From Nemertoderma westbladi (lineage: Eukaryota > Animalia > Xenacoelomorpha), in the NCBI GenBank assembly GCA_032718475.1, contig JAUCBJ010004126.1, positions 1 through 58,313 of the forward strand: a DNA stretch of 58,313 bases, read 5' to 3'. A program made the position numbers and the translations under genes. Shown here one piece after another: positions 35,574 to 50,000 of the stretch. Within the stretch, counting starts at the first letter, position 1. Every line of letters starts with the position of its first letter. The notes beneath the pieces are model-generated. The model saw only the letters and a list, made by a program, of their open reading frames with translations. It did no database searches and had not been told where the DNA came from.

Positions 35574-38500
35574 ATGACTCCTAATATTTCCAACAGTAAA
35601 CAATCATGCTATGTATGTGAGTCTCATGTCAATCCTAATGAACCAAACCTTGTTTGTGCAATTTGCATGTGCTCATTTCACCTTCCATGCTCTAGGTTAT
35701 CTTATACAGACTTTATTGATCTAAATCGCACCACTTTGTAGACAATGACGATGTTGATATATTTTCCGACGAATGCGATAACTTTATTTCGCCGGCTCCT
35801 ATAGCTCCCTTGAGTTTTAACATTTCCGAATATTTTGATATTAGTAAATTCAACACTAACATTACTAATAACATTCTGCAGGGATTATCTGTGTTTCACT
35901 TAAACATTTGTAGCCTGTCTACTAATATTAATGAACTATTGTTGTTTTTATCTTGCCTTAATAGTCCTTTCGATACACTAGCATTAACCGAAACTTTTTT
36001 GAAAGATGATTCCAGAATGCTTCTTATAAATATCCTTGGGTATCAGAAACCCTTTATATGTAACAGGGTAAATGGGCAGGCACGTGGCGGTGTGGCTGTT
36101 TATGTGCGAAATGGAATCAGTGCAACTGAACGACCTGATTTGTACATCGATAATTTGAATATTGAAAATGTATGGGTACAAGTGGATAGTGGTTCTAATT
36201 TACCGCCGGCAGTTATTTTTTACAGGTTTACAGTTATTTTTTAGCTTTTACAGGCCTGAGTCATCCATAACTCCTATAACTACCTTTCTGGACAACATAG
36301 AATCCAAACTTAAATTATTAATAGAATCAAAATCTCAAGTAATTTTAACAGGCGATTTTAATGTCAATGTTCTTAAAATGAATCAGCGCGCGGCAGATTA
36401 TTTACATATGTTTGAACAATATGGTTATTCTCAACTTATTGCTCAAGCAACTCGTGTTTATAATGACTTTCAGTCATGTATTGATCACTTCTTTTCTAAT
36501 ATTAATTCAACATTCTCCTCTGCTGGTGTTTTTTATCCAAAATTGGGACGACGGATCACTACCCGACTTTTTCATTTTTTAATGATTATAAAAAGTGTTA
36601 TAAACCCCCTGGTGATACGTATTACTACGATTACTCCAGTTTTAATAAAGACGACTTTATTAACGACCTCAATGTACTTAATTTTGAACCCAATGTGGAT
36701 GATACTGATCAATCTCCTGAACATCAGTTTAATGATTTTCTCAGTAATTTTGAAAGAATATGTTCCTCTCACCTAGGGAGGAAAAGTCAACTTATAAAAC
36801 AAAACCTATGAAAACGTGGATAACTACTGGGATTCTCAAAAGTATTGTTAAAAAGAATGCTATTTTCTCTGATTACATGAAATATAGTAATGCTGCAAAT
36901 TGGAGAACCTATACAGAATACAGAAATAATCTCAATAAAGTAATTCGAAAGGCGGAACAAACATACTATGAAAAGGAATTCACAAAAGTTGGGATACAAC
37001 CAGATAAAATGTGGAAACTAGTGAATGGAATTATATCTAAAAAGGGGAATCGTCAATGCCCGTCGAAGGTCATTGACCCTACCAATAAAGAAGTTATTAC
37101 TGATCTACGATAAATTGCTGACGTATTTAATAGATTTTTTACTTCGATCGGTCCTTCATTAGCTTCAGATATTCCCACTGTACACACCCGACCTCAATTT
37201 TATCTCCCACCTTCTCGCTCGAACTCTTTTGTTTTAAGTGAAACATGTGAGCTTGAAGTTCTCTTCCTTATATATGATACCCCAGAAAATAAATCTACCA
37301 ATGACGCCTTTCCCGTGAAAATAGTCAAGATTTCTGCCCCTATCATAGCGGGTCGGCTGGCAGTTTTGTATAACCGATGTATTAAAGCTGGCGTTTTCCC
37401 TGATACACTTAAACAGGCTGCAGTAGTTCCCGTGCACAAAACTAGCTCACCCTACGACCCCAACAATTTTCGACCAATATCCTTACTACCGATTTTTGGA
37501 AAAATTTTGTAACGGATCATATATTGTCAGCTATCTTGTTATGTTGAAAAGTTCCATACCGTAACCAAAAACCAGTATGGCTTTAGAAAGCGGCACTCTA
37601 CCTCGCACGCACTTATTGATGTTGCTCATAGGTTGCAGTCTGCACTGGATGACGGAATAACTTCTTGTGGTCTCTACATCGATCTCCGCAAGGCCTTCGA
37701 TACAGTGGATCACGTGATCCTGCTTTCCAAATTAGAGTCATATGGAATCCGTGGCAGACCGCTACAGATGTTTTCGAGTTATTTAAGTTCCAGAACACAA
37801 CGCGTCAAGCTGAACGATACATATTCTACTTGCTTACCTATTACAATGGGAGTTCCTCAGGGGTCTATCTTGGGACCGTTGTTGTTTTTGTTGTATATAG
37901 ATGATTTATCCCTGGCGACATCACTCTTAAGCTTAACAGTTCTATTTGCCGACGACACCAGCCTTCTCGCTAGCCATCACAACCCCCACAACCTAGTAAA
38001 TATTGTCAACCTTGAACTTGAACAGTTGTCGGAATGGTTTGCTTCTAATCGCTTATCATTGAATATTGATAAAACTGTATATTGTTTATATTCCAACAAC
38101 CCGCGGTCCACTGAAAATGTAGCCCAAGTTAAAATAAAAGATACAAATCTAAAGTGTAAAAATGAAATTAAATATCTCGGTCTCATACTTGACAACCACT
38201 TGAATTGGAAGTCCCACTGTAAATATGTAATATCTATGGTGTCGAAATTTACTGGCTTGTTTTTTAAACTCAGACACTTGTTGCCTCTATCGGTGCTCAA
38301 ATCAATATATTATTCCCTCGTAAATTCACGGATCCTCTACGGTATTGCCTTATGGGGCAGCTCCTACCCAACATAATATTAATAAAATTCGTGTTCTGGT
38401 AAATAAAATTGTGAGTGCTATAACATTCAGTGAATGGGATTGCCACTCTTTTCCCATTTATCGTCGGTTAGAAATTTTGCCCATTCAAGCTTTGTATAAG

Positions 38501-38779
38501 TTAAATGTTGCCAAGCTCATGTTCGATGCGTTTCATGGTTTATTACCTTCTGGTTTAACGAATCTCTTTCGTTTATCTAATACTGTTCATAACTATAACA
38601 CTCGTGGTTCATACAATACTAATTTCTTTATTCCTCGCTTTCGTACTGTCCGTGGACAAATGTCCATACAGTATCAGGGCCCTATTACCTGGAACGAGAT
38701 ACCAATTATCATACGGTCCACACAAAAACTTTCGACCTTTTCCAAAAACTTTAAGGCACATCTTCTCAGCGATAATTAA
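35574..38779 (+). pseudogene. LINE ORF2: truncated PHD finger, APE endonuclease and reverse transcriptase, with multiple frameshifts and stops
   Basis: CYVC-x12-CAIC-x4-H-x2-C at 35607-35690; HLNICSL, ALTETFL, RGGVAVYV, LTGDFN, CIDHFF; NFRPISLLP, YIDLRKAFDTVDH, GVPQGSILGPLLF, LFADDT, KYLG. Confidence 0.92.
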
Positions 38780-39196
38780 TCTTCCCTTTTTTTTTTAATT
38801 TTCTTTTGTTTTTCTTTTTTGTAATTCTGGATTTTTAAATTTCTTTTTCGATAGCTATTCTATGGTATTTCATCTAGTCAGATTCGATCTATCATTATGT
38901 TGTACATCCCTTATAATTTCTCAATGTAGGTCTCTTCAGTAGTCCCCCCCCCCCCCCAGTCCCCCTCACGGTGGTAGCAACCTTCAAGCTATGGCTTTTC
39001 TGTTATCACCCTTTTCCCTCTGTTCTCAGTTATCGAACCATTAACAAACTGGCTCTCAATCGTCCACACTAACATGTATGTGTTTAATATATTTTGTATA
39101 CCAGTAATGCATTTATCAAAGGTGGAGGTTATTTTTAACATTGAAAGAGAAAAATAAACGAAACAATACGTAGGCCTACCGGTTGAAACAATAAAA

Positions 39197-40525
39197 GCGA
39201 ACTCGGACCAGCGAACTCGGACAGTGGAAATGAGATCCTTCCAGGCTTCCCGATTCTCCATAGTTGTCGCAATTTCGTTTCTCCCAAGTTCAGTATCCCT
39301 TTCAAGTTGATCTATATATGTTATGGCCGGTCGTCCACGACTACGCTTTCCATGAGTTGGTTGCCAGATAAGTAGATCTGGTATGACCTCATCTTTACTT
39401 CGCCAGCAGTGTCCACTGAATCTTAATCTGCGTTCACGGAGGGTGGTTGATGCAGGTGGTATTGTACCATAAAGCTCGGCGTTTGTCATGAGTTGTCTCC
39501 AGCTGATGTTCAGGGCTGCCCTTAGTAGTCTTGTGTAGCAACCATCAATCCGTTGTTCAAGTGATTTAGTCAGTGTCCAGGTCTCACCCCCGTATAAAAA
39601 TACACTTTCCACTGTGGCTCGAAAGAACTTAGTCTTCAGGTGCCTGGAGAGATCTGATTTCCAGATGGTATCCATTTTTGATAGAGCTACCCAAGCCTTT
39701 GCTTTCCTTACTTCTATGTCCTTTTTGCTACTCTCTATCCATGAACCAAGGTACTGGAAGTCATCGACCTTCCTTAGTTGATTATTATCAATGGTTGCCA
39801 AGTTTCCATGAACATTAAAGGTGATGAATTCGGTCTTGGTAGCATTTATATGCAATCCAACCTCCTTAGCAGCCCTCTCCACTTTATTTAGTAGAAGCTG
39901 TGCGTATTAGAGTATTATCGTATTAGAGAGCAGGCCGATGTCATCCGCAAAGTCGGTGTCTGTGACTGTTGTTGCCGGATATCTACTACTTCTGCGTTCT
40001 TGAAGTGTGAATCCCAGATCTTCACCCTTTGTGGCAGTCCTCATTGCGTAATTCAGCACAATTACAAATAGTAATGGTGCTAATGTGTCACCTTGCAGTA
40101 CGCCAGCCAGGATTGAGAAAAACTCACTTTCACCATTTGGTGAGAGCACCTGCGCTTCTGTGTCACAATATAACAATCCAATGCCAGCAACAATCACTTC
40201 TGGTATTCCATAAGCTCTTAGGATTTCAAGCATTTTGCCTCTAAGGATGGAGTCGAATGCCTTCTTGAAGTCCACAAAAGTCATGACTGCGGGGAGATTC
40301 TTTGACTTAATTCCTTCAATCAGTCTCCGTAGTGCAAGTATCTGAGCTATTGTTGATCTTCTTGGTCGAATTCCGTTTTGGCTCTTACGCAGTAGTTTCT
40401 CTATGTGAGGCCTAATCCTATATAGAATCATTTTATTGTATATTTTGGCAGCTACCACAAGCAGACAGATCCCACGATAGTTTGTTGGTATGCCGAGGTC
40501 TCCTTTCTTGTGGAAAGGTTTTATA
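39197..40525 (-). mobile_element. RTE-clade LINE, RT and C-terminal part, 5'-truncated
   Basis: KKGDL..NYRGICLL, FVDFKKAFDSI, GVLQGDTLAPLLF, DFADDI, FQYLGS, YGGETW, RRLRFSGHCWR, GKRSRGRP; frameshift near 39900. Confidence 0.92.
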
Positions 40526-40582
40526 TTGTAGAGAAGGTTTCCTAACAGTAGTAGATTGGAACCAACCGTAATGCTGATAATA
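40520..40582. repeat. Orphan partial monomer of the 78-bp satellite
   Basis: TTTATATTGTAGAGAAGGTTTCCTAACAGTAGTAGATTGGAACCAACCGTAATGCTGATAATA matches the array unit with a 1-bp deletion. Confidence 0.95.
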
Positions 40583-41099
40583 GCACCGTAATAGGTGGGG
40601 GACCTTTGCTCCTCGTTATGGGTCCAGAGATGACTTTGTCCGGAGTGAGTTGCTTGTTGTTCACGTTTGGATGTTTGGGTGAAAATGCAGAGTTACCATC
40701 AGTGACGGTCCGGTGATTGGGAGTAAAGTCCTTGTGAGTGGTCAGATCAGAAGTTACTGGAGTGTCAGTGTGGGATGAGTAAAAGGTGGCGTCCAGCGTG
40801 GTAGATGATTCGAGTGTCCTAGTGAATGCGAATGTGTCGGAAGGTGAAGGGCTGTTAGGTGTGGGAATCGCAAACGGGGCCATAATTTGTCCAGTTGCCA
40901 TGGTAGTGTTGTGTACTGTAGTTGGGCTACAGCTGACAGTGACAGTGTGGTTAGTGGGTAAGGAAGCGGGCTGGAAGCATAAGGTTAAGGTAGTTGTAGG
41001 TAAATTAGTGCAGGGGGGCCTACAGTATGACACAGACACGACGGCAGGTACAGTTACAGAATTCAATAAATTACAACTATAAGTATCAGATGGCATTAA
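40583..41099 (-). other. Ser/Thr/Pro-rich unique insert between satellite monomers, possibly the tail of an LTR-retrotransposon pol
   Basis: Open minus-strand frame ending near GPITRSKGPPP, a motif type seen at Gypsy pol C-termini; no catalytic domain. Confidence 0.35.
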
Positions 41100-44000
41100 A
41101 GTAGATTGGAACCAACCGTAATGCTGTAGAGTAACAATAAAATGTATTTATATTGTAGAAGAAGGTTTTCTAACAGTAGTAGATTGGAACCAACCGTAAT
41201 GCTGATTAGTAACAATAAAATGTATTTATATTGTAGAAGAAGGTTTCCTAACAGTAGTAGATTGGAACCAACCGTAATGCTGATAATAAACAATAAAATG
41301 TATTTATATTGTAGAAGAAGGTTTCCTAACAGTAGTAGATTGGAACCAACCGTAATGCTGGTTAGTAACAATAAAATGTATTTATATTGTAGAAGAAGGT
41401 TTCCTAACAGTAGTAGATTGGAACCAACCGTAATGCTGTAGAGTAACAATAAAATGTATTTATATTGTAGAAGAAGGTTTTCTAACAGTAGTAGATTGGA
41501 ACCAACCGTAATGCTGATAATAAACAATAAAATGTATTTATATTGTAGAAGAAGGTTTCCTAACAGTAGTAGATTGGAACCAACCGTAATGCTGTAGAGT
41601 AACAATAAAATGTATTTATATTGTAGAAGAAGGTTTCCTAACAGTAGTAGATTGGAACCAACCGTAATGCTGTAGAGTAACAATAAAATGTATTTATATT
41701 GTAGAAGAAGGTTTCCTAACAGTAGTAGATTGGAACCAACCGTAATGCTGGAGAGTAACAATAAAATGTATTTATATTGTAGAAGAAGGTTTCCTAACAG
41801 TAGTAGATTGGAACCAACCGTAATGCTGGAGAGTAACAATAAAATGTATTTATATTGTAGAAGAAGGTTTCCTAACAGTAGTAGATTGGAACCAACCGTA
41901 ATGCTGATTAGTAACAATAAAATGTATTTATATTGTAGAAGAAGGTTTCCTAACAGTAGTAGATTGGAACCAACCGTAATGCTGATTAGTAACAATAAAA
42001 TGTATTTATATTGTAGAAGAAGGTTTCCTAACAGTAGTAGATTGGAACCAACCGTAATGCTGATAATAAACAATAAAATGTATTTATATTGTAGAAGAAG
42101 GTTTCCTAACAGTAGTAGATTGGAACCAACCGTAATGCTGGTTAGTAACAATAAAATGTATTTATATTGTAGAAGAAGGTTTCCTAACAGTAGTAGATTG
42201 GAACCAACCGTAATGCTGTAGAGTAACAATAAAATGTATTTATATTGTAGAAGAAGGTTTCCTAACAGTAGTAGATTGGAACCAACCGTAATGCTGTAGA
42301 GTAACAATAAAATGTATTTATATTGTAGAAGAAGGTTTCCTAACAGTAGTAGATTGGAACCAACCGTAATGCTGATAATAAACAATAAAATGTATTTATA
42401 TTGTAGAAGAAGGTTTCCTAACAGTAGTAGATTGGAACCAACCGTAATGCTGGTTAGTAACAATAAAATGTATTTATATTGTAGAAGAAGGTTTCCTAAC
42501 AGTAGTAGATTGGAACCAACCGTAATGCTGTAGAGTAACAATAAAATGTATTTATATTGTAGAAGAAGGTTTCCTAACAGTAGTAGATTGGAACCAACCG
42601 TAATGCTGTAGAGTAACAATAAAATGTATTTATATTGTAGAAGAAGGTTTCCTAACAGTAGTAGATTGGAACCAACCGTAATGCTGATAATAAACAATAA
42701 AATGTATTTATATTGTAGAAGAAGGTTTCCTAACAGTAGTAGATTGGAACCAACCGTAATGCTGGTTAGTAACAATAAAATGTATTTATATTGTAGAAGA
42801 AGGTTTCCTAACAGTAGTAGATTGGAACCAACCGTAATGCTGTAGAGTAACAATAAAATGTATTTATATTGTAGAAGAAGGTTTCCTAACAGTAGTAGAT
42901 TGGAACCAACCGTAATGCTGTAGAGTAACAATAAAATGTATTTATATTGTAGAAGAAGGTTTCCTAACAGTAGTAGATTGGAACCAACCGTAATGCTGTA
43001 GAGTAACAATAAAATGTATTTATATTGTAGAAGAAGGTTTCCTAACAGTAGTAGATTGGAACCAACCGTAATGCTGATAATAAACAATAAAATGTATTTA
43101 TATTGTAGAAGAAGGTTTCCTAACAGTAGTAGATTGGAACCAACCGTAATGCTGGTTAGTAACAATAAAATGTATTTATATTGTAGAAGAAGGTTTCCTA
43201 ACAGTAGTAGATTGGAACCAACCGTAATGCTGTAGAGTAACAATAAAATGTATTTATATTGTAGAAGAAGGTTTCCTAACAGTAGTAGATTGGAACCAAC
43301 CGTAATGCTGATAATAAACAATAAAATGTATTTATATTGTAGAAGAAGGTTTCCTAACAGTAGTAGATTGGAACCAACCGTAATGCTGTAGAGTAACAAT
43401 AAAATGTATTTATATTGTAGAAGAAGGTTTCCTAACAGTAGTAGATTGGAACCAATCGTAATGCTGATTAGTAACAATAAAATGTATTTATATTGTAGAA
43501 GAAGGTTTCCTAACAGTAGTAGATTGGAACCAACCGTAATGCTGATAATAAACAATAAAATGTATTTATATTGTAGAAGAAGGTTTCCTAACAGTAGTAG
43601 ATTGGAACCAACCGTAATGCTGGTTAGTAACAATAAAATGTATTTATATTGTAGAAGAAGGTTTCCTAACAGTAGTAGATTGGAACCAACCGTAATGCTG
43701 GAGAGTAACAATAAAATGTATTTATATTGTAGAAGAAGGTTTCCTAACAGTAGTAGATTGGAACCAACCGTAATGCTGTAGAGTAACAATAAAATGTATT
43801 TATATTGTAGAAGAAGGTTTCCTAACAGTAGTAGATTGGAACCAACCGTAATGCTGTAGAGTAACAATAAAATGTATTTATATTGTAGAAGAAGGTTTCC
43901 TAACAGTAGTAGATTGGAACCAACCGTAATGCTGTAGAGTAACAATAAAATGTATTTATATTGTAGAAGAAGGTTTCCTAACAGTAGTAGATTGGAACCA

Positions 44001-47000
44001 ACCGTAATGCTGTAGAGTAACAATAAAATGTATTTATATTGTAGAAGAAGGTTTCCTAACAGTAGTAGATTGGAACCAACCGTAATGCTGTAGAGTAACA
44101 ATAAAATGTATTTATATTGTAGAAGAAGGTTTCCTAACAGTAGTAGATTGGAACCAACCGTAATGCTGTAGAGTAACAATAAAATGTATTTATATTGTAG
44201 AAGAAGGTTTCCTAACAGTAGTAGATTGGAACCAACCGTAATGCTGTAGAGTAACAATAAAATGTATTTATATTGTAGAAGAATGTTTCCTAACAGTAGT
44301 AGATTGGACCCAACCGTAATGCTGATTAGTAACAATAAAATGTATTTATATTGTAGAAGAAGGTTTCCTAACAGTAGTAGATTGGAACCAACCGTAATGC
44401 TGTAGAGTAACAATAAAATGTATTTATATTGTAGAAGAAGGTTTCCTAACAGTAGTAGATTGGAACCAACCGTAATGCTGTAGAGTAACAATAAAATGTA
44501 TTTATATTGTAGAAGAAGGTTTCCTAACAGTAGTAGATTGGAACCAACCGTAATGCTGTAGAGTAACAATAAAATGTATTTATATTGTAGAAGAAGGTTT
44601 CCTAACAGTAGTAGATTGGAACCAACCGTAATGCTGTAGAGTAACAATAAAATGTATTTATATTGTAGAAGAAGGTTTCCTAACAGTAGTAGATTGGAAC
44701 CAACCGTAATGCTGTAGAGTAACAATAAAATGTATTTATATTGTAGAAGAAGGTTTCCTAACAGTAGTAGATTGGAACCAACCGTAATGCTGTAGAGTAA
44801 CAATAAAATGTATTTATATTGTAGAAGAAGGTTTCCTAACAGTAGTAGATTGGAACCAACCGTAATGCTGATTAGTAACAATAAAATGTATTTATATTGT
44901 AGAAGAAGGTTTCCTAACAGTAGTAGATTGGAACCAACCGTAATGCTGTAGAGTAACAATAAAATGTATTTATATTGTAGAAGAAGGTTTCCTAACAGTA
45001 GTAGATTGGAACCAACCGTAATGCTGATTAGTAACAATAAAATGTATTTATATTGTAGAAGAAGGTTTCCTAACAGTAGTAGATTGGAACCAACCGTAAT
45101 GCTGTAGAGTAACAATAAAATGTATTTATATTGTAGAAGAAGGTTTCCTAACAGTAGTAGATTGGAACCAACCGTAATGCTGTAGAGTAACAATAAAATG
45201 TATTTATATTGTAGAAGAAGGTTTCCTAACAGTAGTAGATTGGAACCAACCGTAATGCTGTAGAGTAACAATAAAATGTATTTATATTGTAGAAGAAGGT
45301 TTCCTAACAGTAGTAGATTGGAACCAACCGTAATGCTGTAGAGTAACAATAAAATGTATTTATATTGTAGAAGAAGGTTTCCTAACAGTAGTAGATTGGA
45401 ACCAACCGTAATGCTGTAGAGTAACAATAAAATGTATTTATATTGTAGAAGAAGGTTTCCTAACAGTAGTAGATTGGAACCAACCGTAATGCTGTAGAGT
45501 AACAATAAAATGTATTTATATTGTAGAAGAAGGTTTCCTAACAGTAGTAGATTGGAACCAACCGTAATGCTGATTAGTAACAATAAAATGTATTTATATT
45601 GTAGAAGAAGGTTTCCTAACAGTAGTAGATTGGAACCAACCGTAATGCTGTAGAGTAACAATAAAATGTATTTATATTGTAGAAGAAGGTTTCCTAACAG
45701 TAGTAGATTGGAACCAACCGTAATGCTGATAATAAACAATAAAATGTATTTATATTGTAGAAGAAGGTTTCCTAACAGTAGTAGATTGGAACCAACCGTA
45801 ATGCTGATTAGTAACAATAAAATGTATTTATATTGTAGAAGAAGGTTTCCTAACAGTAGTAGATTGGAACCAACCGTAATGCTGATTAGTAACAATAAAA
45901 TGTATTTATATTGTAGAAGAAGGTTTCCTAACAGTAGTAGATTGGAACCAACCGTAATGCTGATTAGTAACAATAAAATGTATTTATATTGTAGAAGAAG
46001 GTTTCCTAACAGTAGTAGATTGGAACCAACCGTAATGCTGTAGAGTAACAATAAAATGTATTTATATTGTAGAAGAAGGTTTCCTAACAGTAGTAGATTG
46101 GAACCAACCGTAATGCTGGTTAGTAACAATAAAATGTATTTATATTGTAGAAGAAGGTTTCCTAACAGTAGTAGATTGGAACCAACCGTAATGCTGATAA
46201 TAAACAATAAAATGTATTTATATTGTAGAAGAAGGTTTCCTAACAGTAGTAGATTGGAACCAACCGTAATGCTGGTTAGTAACAATAAAATGTATTTATA
46301 TTGTAGAAGAAGGTTTCCTAACAGTAGTAGATTGGAACCAACCGTAATGCTGGTTAGTAACAATAAAATGTATTTATATTGTAGAAGAAGGTTTCCTAAC
46401 AGTAGTAGATTGGAACCAACCGTAATGCTGATAATAAACAATAAAATGTATTTATATTGTAGAAGAAGGTTTCCTAACAGTAGTAGATTGGAACCAACCG
46501 TAATGCTGGTTAGTAACAATAAAATGTATTTATATTGTAGAAGAAGGTTTCCTAACAGTAGTAGATTGGAACCAACCGTAATGCTGATAATAAACAATAA
46601 AATGTATTTATATTGTAGAAGAAGGTTTCCTAACAGTAGTAGATTGGAACCAACCGTAATGCTGGAGAGTAACAATAAAATGTATTTATATTGTAGAAGA
46701 AGGTTTCCTAACAGTAGTAGATTGGAACCAACCGTAATGCTGGAGAGTAACAATAAAATGTATTTATATTGTAGAAGAAGGTTTCCTAACAGTAGTAGAT
46801 TGGAACCAACCGTAATGCTGGTTAGTAACAATAAAATGTATTTATATTGTAGAAGAAGGTTTCCTAACAGTAGTAGATTGGAACCAACCGTAATGCTGAT
46901 AATAAACAATAAAATGTATTTATATTGTAGACGAAGGTTTCCTAACAGTAGTAGATTGGAACCAACCGTAATGCTGATTAGTAACAATAAAATGTATTTA

Positions 47001-50000
47001 TATTGTAGAAGAAGGTTTCCTAACAGTAGTAGATTGGAACCAACCGTAATGCTGATTAGTAACAATAAAATGTATTTATATTGTAGAAGAAGGTTTCCTA
47101 ACAGTAGTAGATTGGAACCAACCGTAATGCTGATTAGTAACAATAAAATGTATTTATATTGTAGAAGAAGGTTTCCTAACAGTAGTAGATTGGAACCAAC
47201 CGTAATGCTGATAATAAACAATAAAATGTATTTATATTGTAGAAGAAGGTTTCCTAACAGTAGTAGATTGGAACCAACCGTAATGCTGGTTAGTAACAAT
47301 AAAATGTATTTATATTGTAGAAGAAGGTTTCCTAACAGTAGTAGATTGGAACCAACCGTAATGCTGATAATAAACAATAAAATGTATTTATATTGTATAA
47401 GAAGGTTTCCTAACAGTAGTAGATTGGAACCAACCGTAATGCTGATTAGTAACAATAAAATGTATTTATATTGTAGAAGAAGGTTTCCTAACAGTAGTAG
47501 ATTGGAACCAACCGTAATGCTGTAGAGTAACAATAAAATGTATTTATATTGTAGAAGAAGGTTTCCTAACAGTAGTAGATTGGAACCAACCGTAATGCTG
47601 ATTAGTAACAATAAAATGTATTTATATTGTAGAAGAAGGTTTCCTAACAGTAGTAGATTGGAACCAACCGTAATGGTGTAGAGTAACAATAAAATGTATT
47701 TATATTGTAGAAGAAGGTTTCCTAACAGTAGTAGATTGGAACCAACCGTAATGCTGATTAGTAACAATAAAATGTATTTATATTGTAGAAGAAGGTTTCC
47801 TAACAGTAGTAGATTGGAACCAACCGTAATGCTGATTAGTAACAATAAAATGTATTTATATTGTAGAAGAAGGTTTCCTAACAGTAGTAGATTGGAACCA
47901 ACCGTAATGGTGTAGAGTAACAATAAAATGTATTTATATTGTAGAAGAAGGTTTCCTAACAGTAGTAGATTGGAACCAACCGTAATGCTGATAATAAACA
48001 ATAAAATGTATTTATATTGTAGAAGAAGGTTTCCTAACAGTAGTAGATTGGAACCAACCGTAATGCTGATTAGTAACAATAAAATGTATTTATATTGTAG
48101 AAGAAGGTTTCCTAACAGTAGTAGATTGGAACCAACCGTAATGCTGGAGAGTAACAATAAAATGTATTTATATTGTAGAAGAAGGTTTCCTAACAGTAGT
48201 AGATTGGAACCAACCGTAATGCTGATTAGTAACAATAAAATGTATTTATATTGTAGAAGAAGGTTTCCTAACAGTAGTAGATTGGAACCAACCGTAATGC
48301 TGGAGAGTAACAATAAAATGTATTTATATTGTAGAAGAAGGTTTCCTAACAGTAGTAGATTGGAACCAACCGTAATGCTGATAATAAACAATAAAATGTA
48401 TTTATATTGTAGAAGAAGGTTTCCTAACAGTAGTAGATTGGAACCAACCGTAATGCTGATAGAGTAAACAATAAAATGTATTTATATTGTAGAAGAAGGT
48501 TTCCTAACAGTAGTAGATTGGAACCAACCGTAATGCTGATAGTAACAATAAAATGTATTTATATTGTAGAAGAAGGTTTCCTAACAGTAGTAGATTGGAA
48601 CCAACCGTAATGCTGATAATAAACAATAAAATGTATTTATATTGTAGAAGAAGGTTTCCTAACAGTAGTAGATTGGAACCAACCGTAATGCTGTAGAGTA
48701 ACAATAAAATGTATTTATATTGTAGAAGAAGGTTTCCTAACAGTAGTAGATTGGAACCAACCGTAATGCTGATAGTAACAATAAAATGTATTTATATTGT
48801 AGAAGAAGGTTTCCTAACAGTAGTAGATTGGAACCAACCGTAATGCTGGAGAGTAACAATAAAATGTATTTATATTGTAGAAGAAGGTTTCCTAACAGTA
48901 GTAGATTGGAACCAACCGTAATGCTGGAGAGTAACAATAAAATGTATTTATATTGTAGAAGAAGGTTTCCTAACAGTAGTAGATTGGAACCAACCGTAAT
49001 GCTGGAGAGTAACAATAAAATGTATTTATATTGTAGAAGAAGGTTTCCTAACAGTAGTAGATTGGAACCAACCGTAATGCTGGAGAGTAACAATAAAATG
49101 TATTTATATTGTAGAAGAAGGTTTCCTAACAGTAGTAGATTGGAACCAACCGTAATGCTGGAGAGTAACAATAAAATGTATTTATATTGTAGAAGAAGGT
49201 TTCCTAACAGTAGTAGATTGGAACCAACCGTAATGCTGGAGAGTAACAATAAAATGTATTTATATTGTAGAAGAAGGTTTCCTAACAGTAGTAGATTGGA
49301 ACCAACCGTAATGCTGATTAGTAACAATAAAATGTATTTATATTGTAGAAGAAGGTTTCCTAACAGTAGTAGATTGGAACCAACCGTAATGCTGGAGAGT
49401 AACAATAAAATGTATTTATATTGTAGAAGAAGGTTTCCTAACAGTAGTAGATTGGAACCAACCGTAATGCTGATTAGTAACAATAAAATGTATTTATATT
49501 GTAGAAGAAGGTTTCCTAACAGTAGTAGATTGGAACCAACCGTAATGCTGATTAGTAACAATAAAATGTATTTATATTGTAGAAGAAGGTTTCCTAACAG
49601 TAGTAGATTGGAACCAACCGTAATGCTGGAGAGTAACAATAAAATGTATTTATATTGTAGAAGAAGGTTTCCTAACAGTAGTAGATTGGAACCAACCGTA
49701 ATGCTGATTAGTAACAATAAAATGTATTTATATTGTAGAAGAAGGTTTCCTAACAGTAGTAGATTGGAACCAACCGTAATGCTGGAGAGTAACAATAAAA
49801 TGTATTTATATTGTAGAAGAAGGTTTCCTAACAGTAGTAGATTGGAACCAACCGTAATGCTGGATAGTAACAATAAAATGTATTTATATTGTAGAAGAAG
49901 GTTTCCTAACAGTAGTAGATTGGAACCAACCGTAATGCTGAGAGTAACAATAAAATGTATTTATATTGTAGAAGAAGGTTTCCTAACAGTAGTAGATTGG

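Larger units (their letters stand above)
34020..39168 (+). mobile_element. Near full-length CR1-group LINE (Crack-like), inactivated; 5' boundary uncertain
   Basis: ORF1, PHD, APE, RT and C-terminal HNYNTRGS..SIQYQGPITWNEIP; 3' UTR stem-loop at ~38970-39010 and AATAAA at ~39153. Confidence 0.9.

Noticed and set aside
41096-48391. 2431-aa Leu-rich ORF and related ORFs in the 78-bp array
   Set aside because: It is a translation of a 26-codon satellite unit with an implausible composition, and the frame breaks repeatedly in the distal array.
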